Shown here: in pieces, positions 32,847-47,900 of the stretch | Numbering within the stretch: position 1 is the stretch's first letter | Layout: the number at the start of each line of letters is the position of its first letter | Assembly: GCA_964016885.1 (NCBI GenBank) | Contig: OZ024743.1 | Span: 32,178,001-32,242,000, forward strand | DNA length: 64,000 bases | Direction of reading: 5' to 3' | From: Eledone cirrhosa | Lineage: Eukaryota | Notes under the pieces: generated by a model | What the model was told of the DNA's origin: nothing | Database searches by the model: none | What the model saw: only the letters and a program-made list of their open reading frames with translations | Program-made: the position numbers and the translations under genes

Positions 32847-33283
32847 CCAACCTCATCGCATGGACTGAATGCTCTACTACTAAGAGTATAACCCACCAAC
32901 GTTCTACTATTATATATATATAAACTCGGGCCCCCAAAATTAAGAGAGGTTTGCAATAAGCGGGGTGGGGGAAATCGGTAATGTTTCTAGGTTGTCTCCA
33001 TTGATATATTGTAACCAGAATTAGTCGTTTAGTTTACATATTAAGACCCCCCAACTCACCCTACCTATTTTATAGCGTATGAGATTTCTTGTAATGTACT
33101 TCTTTGCCATGCATAATATTTTTTTAATGTCTGAAGTAAATTAATTATCGCAGGAATGCACCCACTTAAAAGAAGATTTCGTCGGAGAAAGATTAGCAAA
33201 ATAATAAGCGGGGAGGGGGATCTGAAAAATTAATAATCTGGGTGACCATTATTCGAACCCAAGAGTATATATATATATTATCA

Positions 33284-33645
33284 GATGGTGGATGGGTGCT
33301 ACACGAGAATGCTGAGGATGGCTCTGAACATTAATCAGTATACACTGATGATGAAAAACTCAGAGATGTATGGGAGCCTCCCAAAAGTTAGCTCAAAAGT
33401 GACACAGAGGAGACTGAGGTTAGCTGGACATGCTCACCGACATCCAGAGTTGACATTGCACTCAGTGCTCCTACATAGACACACTAGAAGAGGAAGACCA
33501 AGGTTAACGTATGTTGATGCCCTAAGGACAGACACTGGTCTGTTGGAGACGCAGGACATGGCAGTGATAATGAGTGACAGAGACCGCTGGAGAGAACTCG
33601 TCCATGGATCTCGGGAATTTTACTCGCCCTAGATAGATAGAGATA
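33284..33645 (+). mobile_element. RTE/RTEX-like LINE 3' end with (ATAG)n tail
   Basis: DGCYTRMLRMALNI...RRLRLAGHAHRH...RGRPRLTYVD...DRDRWR. Confidence 0.85.
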
Positions 33646-33864
33646 TATATTATATATATAATATATATATGTGTGTGTGTGTACACCACAGTTTTCTGCA
33701 GGTTTAGTCCCAAAGCATTAGTCAACTCGGGGATATAAGTAGACGACAGAGGCTTGACTGAATCAAGAACCACGTGCTTGCGAAGCAAGTTCCTTAACCG
33801 CTCATACACACAGACACACAAACACACACATCCACATGCACACACACACACACTCACACACACA

Positions 33865-34370
<506 letters not shown>

Positions 34371-34437
34371 ATATATATATATATATATATATTATGAAAA
34401 TAAAACAAAGAAGCCTTCAATACATCAAAAGTCTTTA

Positions 34438-34480
34438 TTAGCCAATAATGTTTCGTCCTATTAAGGACTCATCAGGGCAA
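34438..34480 (-). ncRNA. HHR-like motif with a canonical core and stem II
   Basis: Reverse complement: ttgcc-CTGATGA-gtcc ttaata ggac-GAAA-catta-TT-ggc; stem III poor. Confidence 0.65.
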
Positions 34481-35618
34481 TCAAAACCACAAGAAGTACT
34501 ATCGGCCAATACAAGCCGAAAACTCCGAAGAATATGGAGTGTACATACACTAAAGTATTAGAAGATTATGGGTAAAAATATATAATAAAAATCACTAAGG
34601 AGGTGTATAACATTTTGAACCATATTACAAATATAGTCCAAAGCAAAAAAAACCTAGAGCTAAACAAAGGTGGTTATATAGAGCGGGAACTATATATAAT
34701 ACAATATAATATAATATACTTGTAACAATATTAAAATTAAAATTAAAAATTAAAATTAAAAGGCACAATATACATATATATATATGTACGCACACGTACG
34801 CACATATACATATACGTCAATACACATATCCATCATTAACAGCACAAATTAAACCTTATTAAGAGTTTAAATGTAAATAAGCATAGTAGGAATAAAAATA
34901 AAAATAATAATAATACGTATATCTAATATGCATGAAGTAATGAAATGATTAAATGTAACACATATAATATATAATAAACTATATAATTATATAATATATG
35001 ATATAATATAATAGATAATCTCCGGTTAATTTACACAAACAATATAGATGTCACAATAATACTATAATAATAATATAATAATATATATAATATATAATGG
35101 CATGTAAGTTAACAAATCAATTCATATAGAGTTACAGAGTAGGTGAGAAAAAAATATAAATTGTACAATACCCAAAATTATGATGGTACAAAAATATAAA
35201 CATCTTACATGATATATAAAATTTAACATATCATAATGTTACATAAAATCAACGGTAAGTAATAAGGATCAATAGTACAATAACAACTTCAATATAAAAT
35301 AATGAACATAATATAATATATAATTACTTATAATTACAAGGTTGGTAAACAGACATATATGTGGATGAGTGAATAAGGGCCAGACAAAAAATACAATGCA
35401 CAGTAGTATAAATAAATAAATAAATAAATAAATATTTATTTATTTATTTATACAAGCAATACGCTGGTCACACAAGCAATACGCTGTCCAGTGAAGTAAG
35501 AGACGAGAGACAAAACATTCATGTATAGCAATTAAGCTATAACAAGTACACTTCTTAATGCAGCACGTTTTGTAGTAAATATTTGGCCCGTTGTGACAAA
35601 TGATGAGAACGTTAGAGC

Positions 35619-36870
35619 TTCTTCTTATTCTTCTTCTGCTTCTTCTTCTTCTGCTTCTTCTTCTTCTTCGCCTGAGAGGATTTTGGGCGCAGAGTCCTCT
35701 AACACTCCTTCCGGCGAGTCCTGCCTGGTGCAACCGTCTCCAACTGATCAGGTTGGATCCCCAAGCGAGACCAGCTGAGCTCATGCATATTATTCAACCA
35801 TCTTGCTCAAAGTCCACCCCTGGGTCTCCTGCAAGTTGGTTTTGCCCGTAAAATCTGTCCAACTATTCTTTCCTGAAATACTGTAACCACATATTATCGG
35901 AGCTGTGATCTCTACTGAGAAGTAGCGACTCTATCTGGAGTGACTCTCTGATATCAGAGCTACGCATCTATCGAGTAACGTAACTCCAAAGACCCTTCGG
36001 TGGAACCCCATTTCGGCCGCTTGTATTCATGATCGTATTCTTTCGGTCATTACCCAAGATTCATGACCCTGTGTAAGGGTTGGCACGAATATCGAATTAA
36101 AGATAGCGAGTTTGGCTTTTTGCCTACCTCCCTTCTTCTAATTACTGAATGCTGAAGCTGACACATTTCTGTACCAGCTCCTGCAATTATTGCACTAAAT
36201 TCAGCCTGCTGCTTTCCATCAATCGTAGACACGGGCCCGAGACACTTGAACTTCTCCACATGCTTCAGTGGAACTCCATTTAAATGTACAATGCAGAGCG
36301 CAGGCTTCCTTGAGAATACCGGTGTCTCAGTTATCGCAGCATTGATTTTCATTCAGTCGGAGATCACCTTCTGTCGAGTTAAGTAACCCCATGTCGTCTG
36401 CAAACACCAGTCGACTGATTTTACATCCGTCAGTCATGATATCACTTCCAGCCCGGTTGCTCTTGTCAATCCTGTCTCATGTAAATAATTGTTTCTACTT
36501 TTGGCACAAGGCCAGCAATTATCCCAGTTGTAGTACTGGTACTTTATTTTATCGACCCCGTAAGGATGAAAGGCAAAGTTAACCTCGGCGGGATTTGAAC
36601 TCAGACCATAAAGGGACCTAACTCTTTGCTGCAAAGCATGGCGTCCGATCCTCATGTAAATAATGAACAGAGTATGTGTCAGTACGCACCCTTTGTGGAG
36701 TCCGACTCCCACATTGAATGGTTTCGATTTAGCACCATTTATCCGAACACAAATATTCGGACATCTGTATAGAGACATCAGGGCAAGAAAAAGCTGACAA
36801 TCGACAGAACCTTCGATCGAAAGACTCCAGCAGAACCTTCCTTAGAACGTCCCGGGGAACGCTGTCATGT
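35619..36870 (-). mobile_element. Decayed RTE LINE 3' half with (GAA)n tail
   Basis: GLHKGCVL...LFIIYM, LVFADDM, LNGVPLKHVEKFKCLG; same family as 52210-53157. Confidence 0.85.
36490..36650 (-). mobile_element. SINE inserted in the RTE copy, with a 14-bp TSD
   Basis: TSD ctcatgtaaataat at 36476-36489 and 36651-36664. Confidence 0.85.
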
Positions 36871-38902
36871 GCTTTAGAGCGTCGGACAAAATGCTTTCCG
36901 GTATTTGTCCCGAGTGTTTACGTAACGAGTTCAATCCCGCCTAAATCAGTTTTGCTTTTCATCTTTTCTGGCTGAGTCTGTCAACCTCTCCCCTTACCAC
37001 TTTCTTTCTTTCGTTACTTAATAATCCTTCCCCTTTCCTTCCCTTTCTTCTCATCTATTGTCTTTTCCAATGCTACTTTCTTTTTCTTTATGTTTGACTA
37101 AATATTAAATACTTTATTGACTTTCCACTCTCCCAATTTGCTGGCCTTGTGTCTAAATTAGAAAACAGTATCATCATTATAATTTTCGTATTGTTATCAT
37201 TGTTATTGATATTGCTATGCTTACTGTTTCCCTTTTGACCATTTCTCCTTTCCTTTATTTGATGTAAACCCCTTGTGTTGCGTTTCGTCCTTGTGTTGTC
37301 CCGAGTGGCGTGCACCCTTGTGGCCAATAAAATAAATTACTACTACTGCTACCACTACTAGTAGGTTAACACTAACTATAACTGGCAGATTTTATTAATT
37401 TATAGCGACAGTTATATATGTTAATACCTCGCAGACAAGATCAAGTTTTACTGCAACTTTTTCTTATTATTATTGTGAAAAAGACGTAAGCAGCTGTGTC
37501 AACAAGCTATTCCCTATATAACTGGTGTTTATGTTGTCTCTCCTGGAGGAATGAACGGCTGGGATGCTTTTTGACATGAGAACATTATCAAACAAAACGT
37601 TATACAATAGATATCTTTCTTTTATCTACTCTCTCGGCTATTGTAGGCAAGTTATTCCGTTCACAGCTTCATGTAGGAATACTACAGTTATTTCCCTTAG
37701 ATCGTGAATCTCTACTAACTGCTTTCCCAGCTGTTTTTGTTGCCATAAAAGAAATCATCCTTACGGGGTCGATAAAATAAAGCACCAGTAATGCACTGGG
37801 ATAATTGCTGGCCTTGTGCCAAAAGCAAAAACAATCATTTGTACTGACGTCATTCGCCAATGGAAAGGCAGGGATTGACCTAATAGTTTTAAGTTTAGTT
37901 CCCAAATATCATAAGTTCAAATTCTTACCGAGATTTGTTTCATCCTTCACACCTGTATTAATATTCTCTTAATACACTGGAGTGAATTTCTCTAACTACA
38001 CCCACCGCCGTAGTAAGCTCTTAGAAATTAAATTTACGATACAAGTTCGAGGCCTGGTTGAACTATATCCAAAAGGTCAAGAACTCCACATAATCTAATT
38101 TAGACCTTTTTCACATCTTTCACAAACAAAATGCCACAGATATGAGAAAGCCTCTCAGTGGTTCAAGAATAGCAAGAAATAGTAGCTAATCGTCTTCAAA
38201 TCACATTCTATCATCTTAAGAAAAAAATTAATACATAGAATAACGTAGTCTGAAATAAAATATTAAATGAACATACATTAGACAGAGCTTGGGAAATAAG
38301 ATTTGAACTCAGTACTAAATTATATACATTAAAGTAAGTAGCTATTGACTTGCGTGGTTTCTTACGGCTCTCTGCGGACTGAGTTCAAATTCTACCAAGA
38401 TCAGCTTTGATTTTCATCCTTTCGGAATCAACAGATAAAGTACAAATCCAGAACAGTGGATTGTCAAAGTTGTTAGGACGTCGAATAATATACCTTGTGC
38501 TATATATTCGGCCTCTGTTCATTCTGAGTTCAAATCATGCATTTCGTCACCGGCTTAAATATGGCATGATATAAAAGAAGATGCCAACCCCCGAGATTTC
38601 TATGAAATGCAGCTTCATGGTTGGGGCGGCTAAACATACGCATGCGTGAACCTTAGCAAGAACAAAATAACTTAGTGAAGTAGATTTAAACTATCGTTTG
38701 GTATAATACAACCACCGAGCCATTCGGTGCCTCTAGAGGGGCCCACTATGTCAAAAGCATTCAGACTAGATATCTAGTCTGAGAAATATTCAATATCTTG
38801 GTTCATAGCTTCTTAATATCATGACTCGTGGTTTATTTTCCCTTTTACCTTCCTATCTGAGATTTTTTTAAAAACGTCATGGATGGTGCCCTTTTTTTAA
38901 CG

Positions 38903-39169
38903 CAGGGTTCATCAATATCTTTGGACCATTGACACCCTCACAGAATCCTTCACCTACTCATCGACCCCTGGCATGTACAAAACTATTTAAGTAATTAAAT
39001 AAATCAGTAAACAGAATATAAAATAAATACACAATAATAACTATATAAGCAAGTTGTATTTTATTGTAATATTTTATGTATTTTCCTATCTCATACAAAC
39101 ATCGGGTGTTGGTCTAAGGGTTCAATTGACCTCCTGGTTAATCCCATCGACCACTTTAGGAATCCCCTG
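38903..39169. mobile_element. Possible old hAT MITE
   Basis: Ends CAGGGTTC / GAATCCCCTG with subterminal gaccc motifs. Confidence 0.4.
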
Positions 39170-40246
39170 CTCTAATGAGTATAAAGCATGGTAGTTATAT
39201 ATAATTAAATTTACTAATCAGAAGTAAATTATCAGAATTGGATTAACCTCAAAGTATTGTAAACCCTTTTGATGCTAACCCACCCAAAACCTGCTTTGGC
39301 TTCTTAAATTAAAACATTCTAGCATAATTTTATATAAGAACATTTTCTCATGTTCTTATATAAAAAAACATCTTCTGGAAGTTATCATTTTAGTAAATCC
39401 ATCCCCAAAAATCCTTCATTAATAATTAAAATACACTAACAATGTTATCTCTGATCGAAATGAAGCGGGGGTGTATTTGAATACATATAAAAATGAAAAT
39501 AATTATCGCTAGGACAGCCGTTAAAATAGCTAAATCCTGTCAAAGACAGGGATGGGCTAAAGTGCCTCAGATGACTGAGACCAGTGGCTATTGGTCAACA
39601 GAGACAATCCACAAGATGGAGGGACAGGCAGATATGAGTTTTCTCATTTTTATATGTATTAAAATATACAATATTTCGAGGTGTTGAGATTGCCCTTTTA
39701 CTTTCTTCATTTAAATTTATTTCAGCAAGATTATGACCTATAAAGAGAGAATCGCTAATGCCTGACATGAAATAGTAACAGAGAACTAAAGTGGGAGATA
39801 GTGATTCTTGTTCTCTCAGTCGCTTAACGCATCATGTAACTGGGATAATTGTCCGGCCTAACCAGCCTCCAGGATCGTGATACACTTTAACTACACGATG
39901 CCTCTTGTTTGTAATCTATCACCGAAGTTATGCATTTTTGGACAAGTATATGAACCACTAGAGGTATCTGAGGTAGTCGAACTTACTAAAGATCATGTGA
40001 GCCTTTGTGTCGAAATAAAATATCTTCATGCAGTAAAGTCGGGTTTTCAAGCCCGTTAAAAAATATAGAAAAATGTACTATGAGTAGCCTCCCCTTATAC
40101 ACCATTAATTCTACCTTTTTTACAATTGCTTACAGCATCTTTTCCTATTAGGAGTAAACACGGGAAGTAACTCATTCTTGTTTCACACACATACACACAC
40201 ACACACACACACAGACACACACACACACATACACACACACACACAC

Positions 40247-40291
<45 letters not shown>

Positions 40292-40399
40292 AACACATAT
40301 ATACACACACACACATATATATATAATATATATATATATGAAAGACGTAATGCTAGCATTAGTGTACATCTGTACGCATATGTTGGTAAATATACTAAT

Positions 40400-40468
<69 letters not shown>

Positions 40469-40959
40469 CAAAGGAATTGTGGTAAGGAACCAGATGGACC
40501 ATAACGCACCAGAGTACTCAATACTTAGGGTAGTAGAGTGGGAACTAGGAAAAAGTATGACCCTGAAAAAGTATGACCGTCGAAACGCCTTGAGCTCTGC
40601 CGTCGGGGTCATACTTTTTCCTATATATATATATATATCAAGGGTATATATATATTGAGTTAGGAACTCAAAATAGTCTCTTACAATAAAATAGCTCTAA
40701 GAAAGAGATATTTCCGAGCCGTATATTATAATTGAATATAAAAGAAAAACGAACACAGATATATACATATATGAGTTCAAATCGTAAGGGACCAGATTCG
40801 CTAAGGTGAAAAGAATACTAACTATAGACAATTGGGTTCGCTTGTCTCAATTTAAGAAAAAAATCAAGAAAATAAATACAAACCTGAATTGTGGTAACTA
40901 CCAATCACTCAGACAGACAACACGGTGTCGTTTTTCTTTTTCTTTTATATTCAATTATA

Positions 40960-40994
<35 letters not shown>

Positions 40995-41117
40995 AAAATA
41001 GGGATGACACAGCAAAAAGTCAATGAAAAATATCATTGGAAAGATGGACAGTCCCATCTCCTCATATATATGTGTGTGTGTATGTATGAATTGAATTGCA
41101 TCCTTGTCCACCGAATG

Positions 41118-41223
<106 letters not shown>

Positions 41224-42213
41224 CGTGTGTGTGTGTGTGTGTGTGCGTGTGCGTGTGTGTGTGTGTGTTTAATGAACTTAAAGGCACAAACTTTCCCCTT
41301 AGTCATACATGTAGAATCTTTTTTTTTTTTATCCACACTAACTAAGATGCTAAAGCAAAATGTAAAACAATAATAACTATTTATTATTTCAAAACCAACA
41401 ATTTGGAGCCGATCAATATAGTTATATCTATCACAGTCCACGTCTAGTCATTAATTTTATCATGTCAGCTCAAGCTGGATTTTAACACACGACCTACAAG
41501 AAAATAAATAAAAATTGAATACTCCAGTGAATTAATTAGATGTCCTAGTATCTCTACCAATTCATCCCCATAACTACAGAGTGTCCCAAAAATTGTATAT
41601 ACACTTTGATTACATGTACAGGCAATATTTATTAGAATGCTGTTGGAGTGTGTATACAGTTTTGGGGTCGCCCTGCATATCAACATCAACGTTAACCAGT
41701 TTAATACCAAACCGCCAGAAACCGTCCTCGGATTCGATGACACAAAACTGATTATTTTTACTATTTTTATCTAAAACCTTTCCATCGTAATTTTATGTAA
41801 GAACATTTGTTAAGCTTTGCTCCAAATAGGAAGCTATTTATATTACTAAATACTTACAAATTCTTGATCATTTGAAAATTATACACCGTATTTTTCATTA
41901 GAAATATGTTAACGAAAGGCTCAAAAACATTATAAGGGATAAAAAAAAAAAGGGGGAACGTTGAAAGGTTTTGAGAGGGGGATTAAGCTGGAAACATTTC
42001 AGCCTCCCTTGAATATCTAAGCTGTTGTTCCCAAACCATGTTCCGGTGCACTGGAGCACCGTGAGATGTAAATAGATGCGCCGCAAAAGAACAAGATTTT
42101 ATTTCAAAATGTGAAAAATATAACTTGAAATTTGTAATAAAATTCATGTGTGACTGTCGAAATGGGAAACTACTAAACTAAGAATGAAAACATTGCCTAA
42201 ATATCACGAAGTA

Positions 42214-42586
42214 CTGGATTTCCCGGCGTCGAAGACGCAACTTTTTTCCTAAAATTAGTCTCAAAAATCTACCATGCGTCCTGGAGGCCGAAGGTTGTTT
42301 ATTTTATTTTTTTTAAATTGCGGTGGATTGGCAGTACCGGGAGAGGGTCGGACGCCATGCTTTGACGCATAGAGTTACCGCACTTGCCATTCTGAGTTCA
42401 AATCCCGCCGAGGTTAACTTTGCCTTTCATCCTTACGGGATCGATAAAATAAAGTACCAGTAATGCACTGATAAATTGCTGGCCTTGTGCCGAAAAATAG
42501 AAACAATTATTTTTTTTCAAATTTTTGGTTGTCAAAATTAGGGTGCGTCCTCGAGGACGAAGCGCCTTCGGCGCCGGGAAATATGG
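42214..42586. mobile_element. pogo/Tigger-like MITE carrying a nested SINE (about 42325-42510)
   Basis: TIRs ..ATTTCCCGGCGTCGAAG / CTTCGGCGCCGGGAAAT.. with TA flanks. Confidence 0.75.
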
Positions 42587-43538
42587 TATGTATTTTTCAT
42601 TGAAAACTCTGCTCTATTTATTGACTAAAAAAGAAAGTACAAATAATATATCTGTGTTTTATATATTTCTAATTTATACTATTTTGATATGTATAAATAC
42701 CTCTGGTGAATTAATTTTTGAAGTTAAATACAATTTGTTTATTTGGTCTAATGTGCGTTGTGTGTAAAAATTAAAAATAAAAGGTTTGGGAACTATTAAT
42801 ATATATCACACAACTGAGATCTGACGTTCAAGGGAGGCTACTCAGGGAATATTTATCGCGATCTTTAATAGTGTATAGAAAAGCTATCCTTGTGGGATAT
42901 AAAGTTAGCTACGTTACGTATATCTATGTGTATATATATGTGTATATCTATGAATGTTTGTGTATATATATATATATATATTATTTTAAAGCTGGTGGTT
43001 TACACCAACTTAAGTGGTTTGTGTGCCTTCGTTCAGGCCAGACATTATGCGTATAAGAATAGTCGATTATATTGACTCCAGAACTTGATTCCTATTTTTT
43101 TCATACTCCTCTCCTCTTCATCGCCATGGGAGGATGAAAGGCTGCGTCGAACAAGGCATGGTATTAAACTATGTGAAGGAAGGAGACTCAATGGAATATG
43201 ATATTCTGTTCAATAATATATATATATATAATATGTGTATATGTATATATATATGTATGTATGTGTGGATGGATGGATGTAATTATGTATATATATATAT
43301 GTGTGTGTGAGTGTGTGTGTATGTATGGATGGACGGATGGATGTATGTATGTATATGTGTGTGTGTGTGTGTATGTGTGTGTGATCAGTGCTATTAAAAC
43401 AAACTGAGTCGCTATAATATTCTTTATCTTAAACTGTACTCCAATACTGAGATCAAATCTCACTATAATCAACTTTGCCTTTCATCCTTTCGAGCTCGAT
43501 AAATAAACTACCAATCCAATTCTACAGCCGAATCTCTC

Positions 43539-43611
<73 letters not shown>

Positions 43612-43613
<2 letters not shown>

Positions 43614-43816
43614 CGAAGGAAATGTGGCAAGGAACCAGATGGACCATAACGCACCAAAGTACTCAATACTTAGGGTAGTAGAGTGGGTAATAGGAACGAG
43701 TAGGACCCCGACGGCTGAGCTCAAGCCGTTTCGACGGCTAATTCTGGACTCAATTAGCCGTCCAGAATTAGCCGTCGAAACGGTTTGAGCTCAGCCGTCG
43801 GGGTCCTACTCGTTCC

Positions 43817-43819
<3 letters not shown>
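43612..43819. mobile_element. Family B element with a 60-bp-arm hairpin containing the 3' half of an HHR
   Basis: Arms 43690-43749 and 43760-43819 with one mismatch; GAAA-cggtttgagctcagccg-TC-ggggtcc. Confidence 0.8.
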
Positions 43820-43884
<65 letters not shown>

Positions 43885-43982
43885 GATGTTAGTCGGTGAT
43901 TTGAATGAGAGATAACTGCAAATTCTATCAGTTCGAACGACCACAATGGAGGTGTCTCACTGGCTCATTGGTCAACTCTAGC

Positions 43983-44097
43983 GAAGAAGAAGAAGAAGAA
44001 GAAGAAGAAGAAGAAGAAGAAGAAGAAGAAGAAGAAGAAGAAGAAGAAGAAGAAGAAGAAGAAGAAGAAGAAGAAGAAGAAAAAGAAAAAGAAGAAG
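43983..44097. repeat. (GAA)n tract, probably a LINE tail
   Basis: Direct reading. Confidence 0.9.
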
Positions 44098-44214
44098 GTG
44101 TATTCACTCCTCAGACAATATAAAATTTCCATAAAGAGTAGTCTCCCTTGCATCTTTCATAAAACCATTATGTTTAGTATTTCTAGGATTTCTCTTTTTA
44201 TTCATTGATGAATA

Positions 44215-44905
44215 ATAATAATAATAATAATGAAATTATTGTGTACAGTGCTCAGGTGCACTACAACTCATCAAAGGTGCATGTATAGTACATAGAATAA
44301 TGTACAAATGTCAGGAAAATGAACAGTGTACGAGTCATGATATAATAACAATAACAATAATGAAATATTGTGTACAGTGCCCAGGTGCACCACAACTCAT
44401 CAAAAAAGTGCATGTACAGTACATAGGGCAATGCACAAACATCAGTAAAATGAACAGTGCACGAGTCATGATACACACATGTGTGCATGTGCATGGAAGG
44501 GGTACATCAGGTGTAGTTTTAGCGTATTTCGGGAAGCATGAGTGTCTTAAAGGATGCAGTGTCTCGGCAGCTAACAATTGACGCAGGCAGTTTGTTCCAT
44601 GCTACAGCAACTCTGAGCGTGAAAAAATGTCTACGAAAGTCATGGGAGCTGTGCTGTTTTCTGATCTTGTAGGCATGTCCACGTGTGTTAGACACATGGA
44701 GATCAAAGAGGCGCTCAGGGTTGCAATTGGCGAGATGGTTAAAAACTTTGTGGGTATTCACCAAGTCCATTGCCAGACGTCGGAGCTTCAATGAATCCAT
44801 GCCCAGGGAAGCAAGGCGTTCAGAGTATGGTAGGTATCTGATGGAGGGTATGCGCTTGGTTGCACGTCTCTGAACAGTTTCCAGGAGGTCAATGTTCTGA
44901 GCAAT
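44215..44905 (-). mobile_element. CR1 LINE 3' fragment with a duplicated 3' UTR end; related tail at 49015-49230
   Basis: SNTRGHAYKIRKQHSSHDFRRHFFTLRVAVAWNKLPASIV and a (TTA)n tail. Confidence 0.9.
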
Positions 44906-47900
44906 GAGAATGTTGCCATAATTCCAAATTAATGTATTAAATAAAAATAAATGTTTTATTGTAAAAAATGGGTATGAAAACAGAAAAGGAATGGAAAGGC
45001 AAGGGCTTTAGGATCAGAGAAGAATGGTAAGGGGAGAGGGAGAGGGATTAATTAAATGTGAAAATAAAAGAAAGAAATTTACAATTCAACATCGTTTACA
45101 TATTTTTTAAAATATGGCAAAGAAAGAAAGAGAAAAATAATAGTGAAAATAAAGGAAAAGGGTTGAGGAAGAGACAGACATTACACAGATTTAGATTGTA
45201 TATCTCAGCTGCGGCCGTGGACCAATGGTGAAGGCATTGCCACGGGGAAGAGTCAGTAACTCTTGCTGCATCATATATTCTACCTCGGCTCCTTACTCGG
45301 GTGGGTTGCATTCCTCCCGATCGATTTTGTGGGAGAAAACGATGTTCGTGGACGGAGAAGATCAGAGGTCTCCATGATGTCCGACACGAAAAGGAAAACA
45401 GTTGGTCAAAACCCAGTATTTATCTTCCTCTCTCTTCCACATTACAGGCGGCAGTTTCATGGTTTGTCCCCGAAATGACAAAGCTGGATGTGTCACAGTA
45501 CTTGGCGTCTTAGATATTTATCTCACTCTGTAATTGGGATAGCGAAACATGACAGACGTTTATACATTTCAGCAGATAATTCGTCGCCATCGTCTAAAGT
45601 CCAGTGATGAAGCTTTGTTTCATTGTTAGGGGTTGCAGACGTAATCCGTTGCCCGGTTTATCAACGACATCGGACCCTTGAGGGTATTTAACAGACTCTA
45701 CTCTATTGCAAGCCTTCAAGCACAGTCTTTATTTTCAAGATATACTAATTCCTCCTTTTGCTGGTCTCGGAGAAAAGCAGACCCAGAAAAGGGTCATAGG
45801 CACTGCCCTTTTCTCCCTGACTAAAAAAAAGAAAAGGCGAGCCTTTCTTTATAGGAATAATTCAAAGAATCAAAAAGAAAGATAACATAGATGTTTATAA
45901 ATAGACTCACATATACATGAACACCCATGAACAAGATTTACTCAAATAAGAAAGCCTCGACACATTGTTAGTGTACGTTTAACAGCGTAGATAAATTGTA
46001 AGAACCTGTAAGTTAATCTACACTTGCCAGCCGCTGCAATCAATAAGGTAGAGTTGTCTCCCTTGCAACGCCCGATCTTCGTTGGTTTAAATAGTAATAG
46101 GATAGAATACATCATTTGTTTTAATTTACATAATGTTTTTTTTTAGGGGGGGGGGGGTCCATTATCTCTGCCCATCGTAAATTCTACGGCTAATACCATC
46201 AACATCAGAATCATCAGCATCATTACAAACACCACGCTATGATAATCACAGCTATAATTACATATCACCAACACTGTTAATACTACCCTTATCACTATAG
46301 TCACACCTATCATTATCTAAATTCAACTGAACTAACATTAATTCTTTAGGAAATTGTTGTAAATTGATGATCCGTTCCTATTAACTCCTATGTGATTAAG
46401 GAAAGAGATGTGGATGCTGTGATGCTTATGTCTCTCGTAAAATTATCAAGTAATATAATTGAATTAAAATATTTACAAATGGAAAAGATAACAAAATCAT
46501 AGACTTAGTTCACCCAAACCTTGCCACTGCAATACAACACTCTTGGGCCTTTAACTGCCATACTGAGTCAATAAGAGACCATCTGTATCAGGCCTACCAA
46601 GCTCTAAAAACCCAAATGAGGAGTACCATGAAAAAATGTGTCCAAAAACGGAGAGAAATGAGGCAAAATAGAGAGATTTTACATAATGAAAGCTATACCC
46701 ATTTTCACAAGAGAAGACATCTCTCACCTACCCCAAAGTGGGTGGGAGATCTCCCAGTCAGACGGGGAGAGTTGACAAGTCTATTAACACTACTGTTATT
46801 CAACACATACCATTCTTTTACTCTTCACCTGATACAGTTATGAAGCATGTGTAGTTATACAACCTACATAATACAACAGACTCTTTTGTGATATGATTTC
46901 TAACAAGAATATTTTGAGTTTGTCTTTTGATTTATCAAAATAATGAAGTTTAGTGAATGAGAGGTTTACTGAAATAATAATTAACTTTAAACTTAATAAT
47001 GATTTTTAATTTTGCATAGGGTCAACGATTTGTGGGGAGGGGAAGTCAATTATATTGACCCCTGTACTTGATTAATACTTTATTTAATTGACCTTGGAGC
47101 GATAAAAGGTAAAGTTGACCTTGATGAAACTTGAAGTCAGAATGTAAAAAGCCAGAATTTTTACTGCAACAAGACATTTTATCTGACACACTTTCAAGCA
47201 CAACAGTAAATCCATTAATGCACACTACCAATTCTACCATAATAAAAAAAAAATATGTAATTACTGAAAACTAGTATTATCTGTCAGGTATTAATGAGAT
47301 TTCAGTTCAAGGTTTGAATTTAAATTTGAAAATTTTAATTTGAGTGGTTTGGTGTTTAAAGGGTTAAATAATTTCCATATACTTTTAAAAGGTGAACCCT
47401 AAGTTTTATCTTTAACATTTCCTTTGATAGCTATAGTTATTATAATACTGGTCAAATGCTGTCCTCAAACCTATACATCAACTACCTTTTGTGTGTATAT
47501 CAACGATACAAGTTCTATTGATTGCTCCTTCATGTTCAATCAGTTACATCTACATAATAAGACTTCTCAGACAGTAGTAATTGAATATATTCAACAACAA
47601 TGTCATTTTTATGATTTCTTATAACTATCTGATTACTTTGATTTAATTAATGAAAAAATTGATGAAAATGCACTTAAATCGTTTGCATAAGTGTCATGAA
47701 ACACTTCTAATAGATTTTGACCTTACATAATAACCTTGCTCTTTGTCAGAGTTAAAGTAATTCTAAAATAAACCCCTGCCTTAATAGCAAACAGAGTATT
47801 AATATAGGAAGTTATGTTTGCAGCAAATTAAATTTATAACCCAGGTTCAATTCTCAGTTGTAGCTATTTCACTTATCCTGCAAATTCCTTTTGCAAATAA

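Noticed and set aside
33344-33358. CTGATGATGAAA
   Set aside because: It falls within RTE coding sequence and leaves no room for stem II
42325-42410. tRNA gene
   Set aside because: The A/B-box-like head continues into a multi-copy SINE body and no cloverleaf is evident
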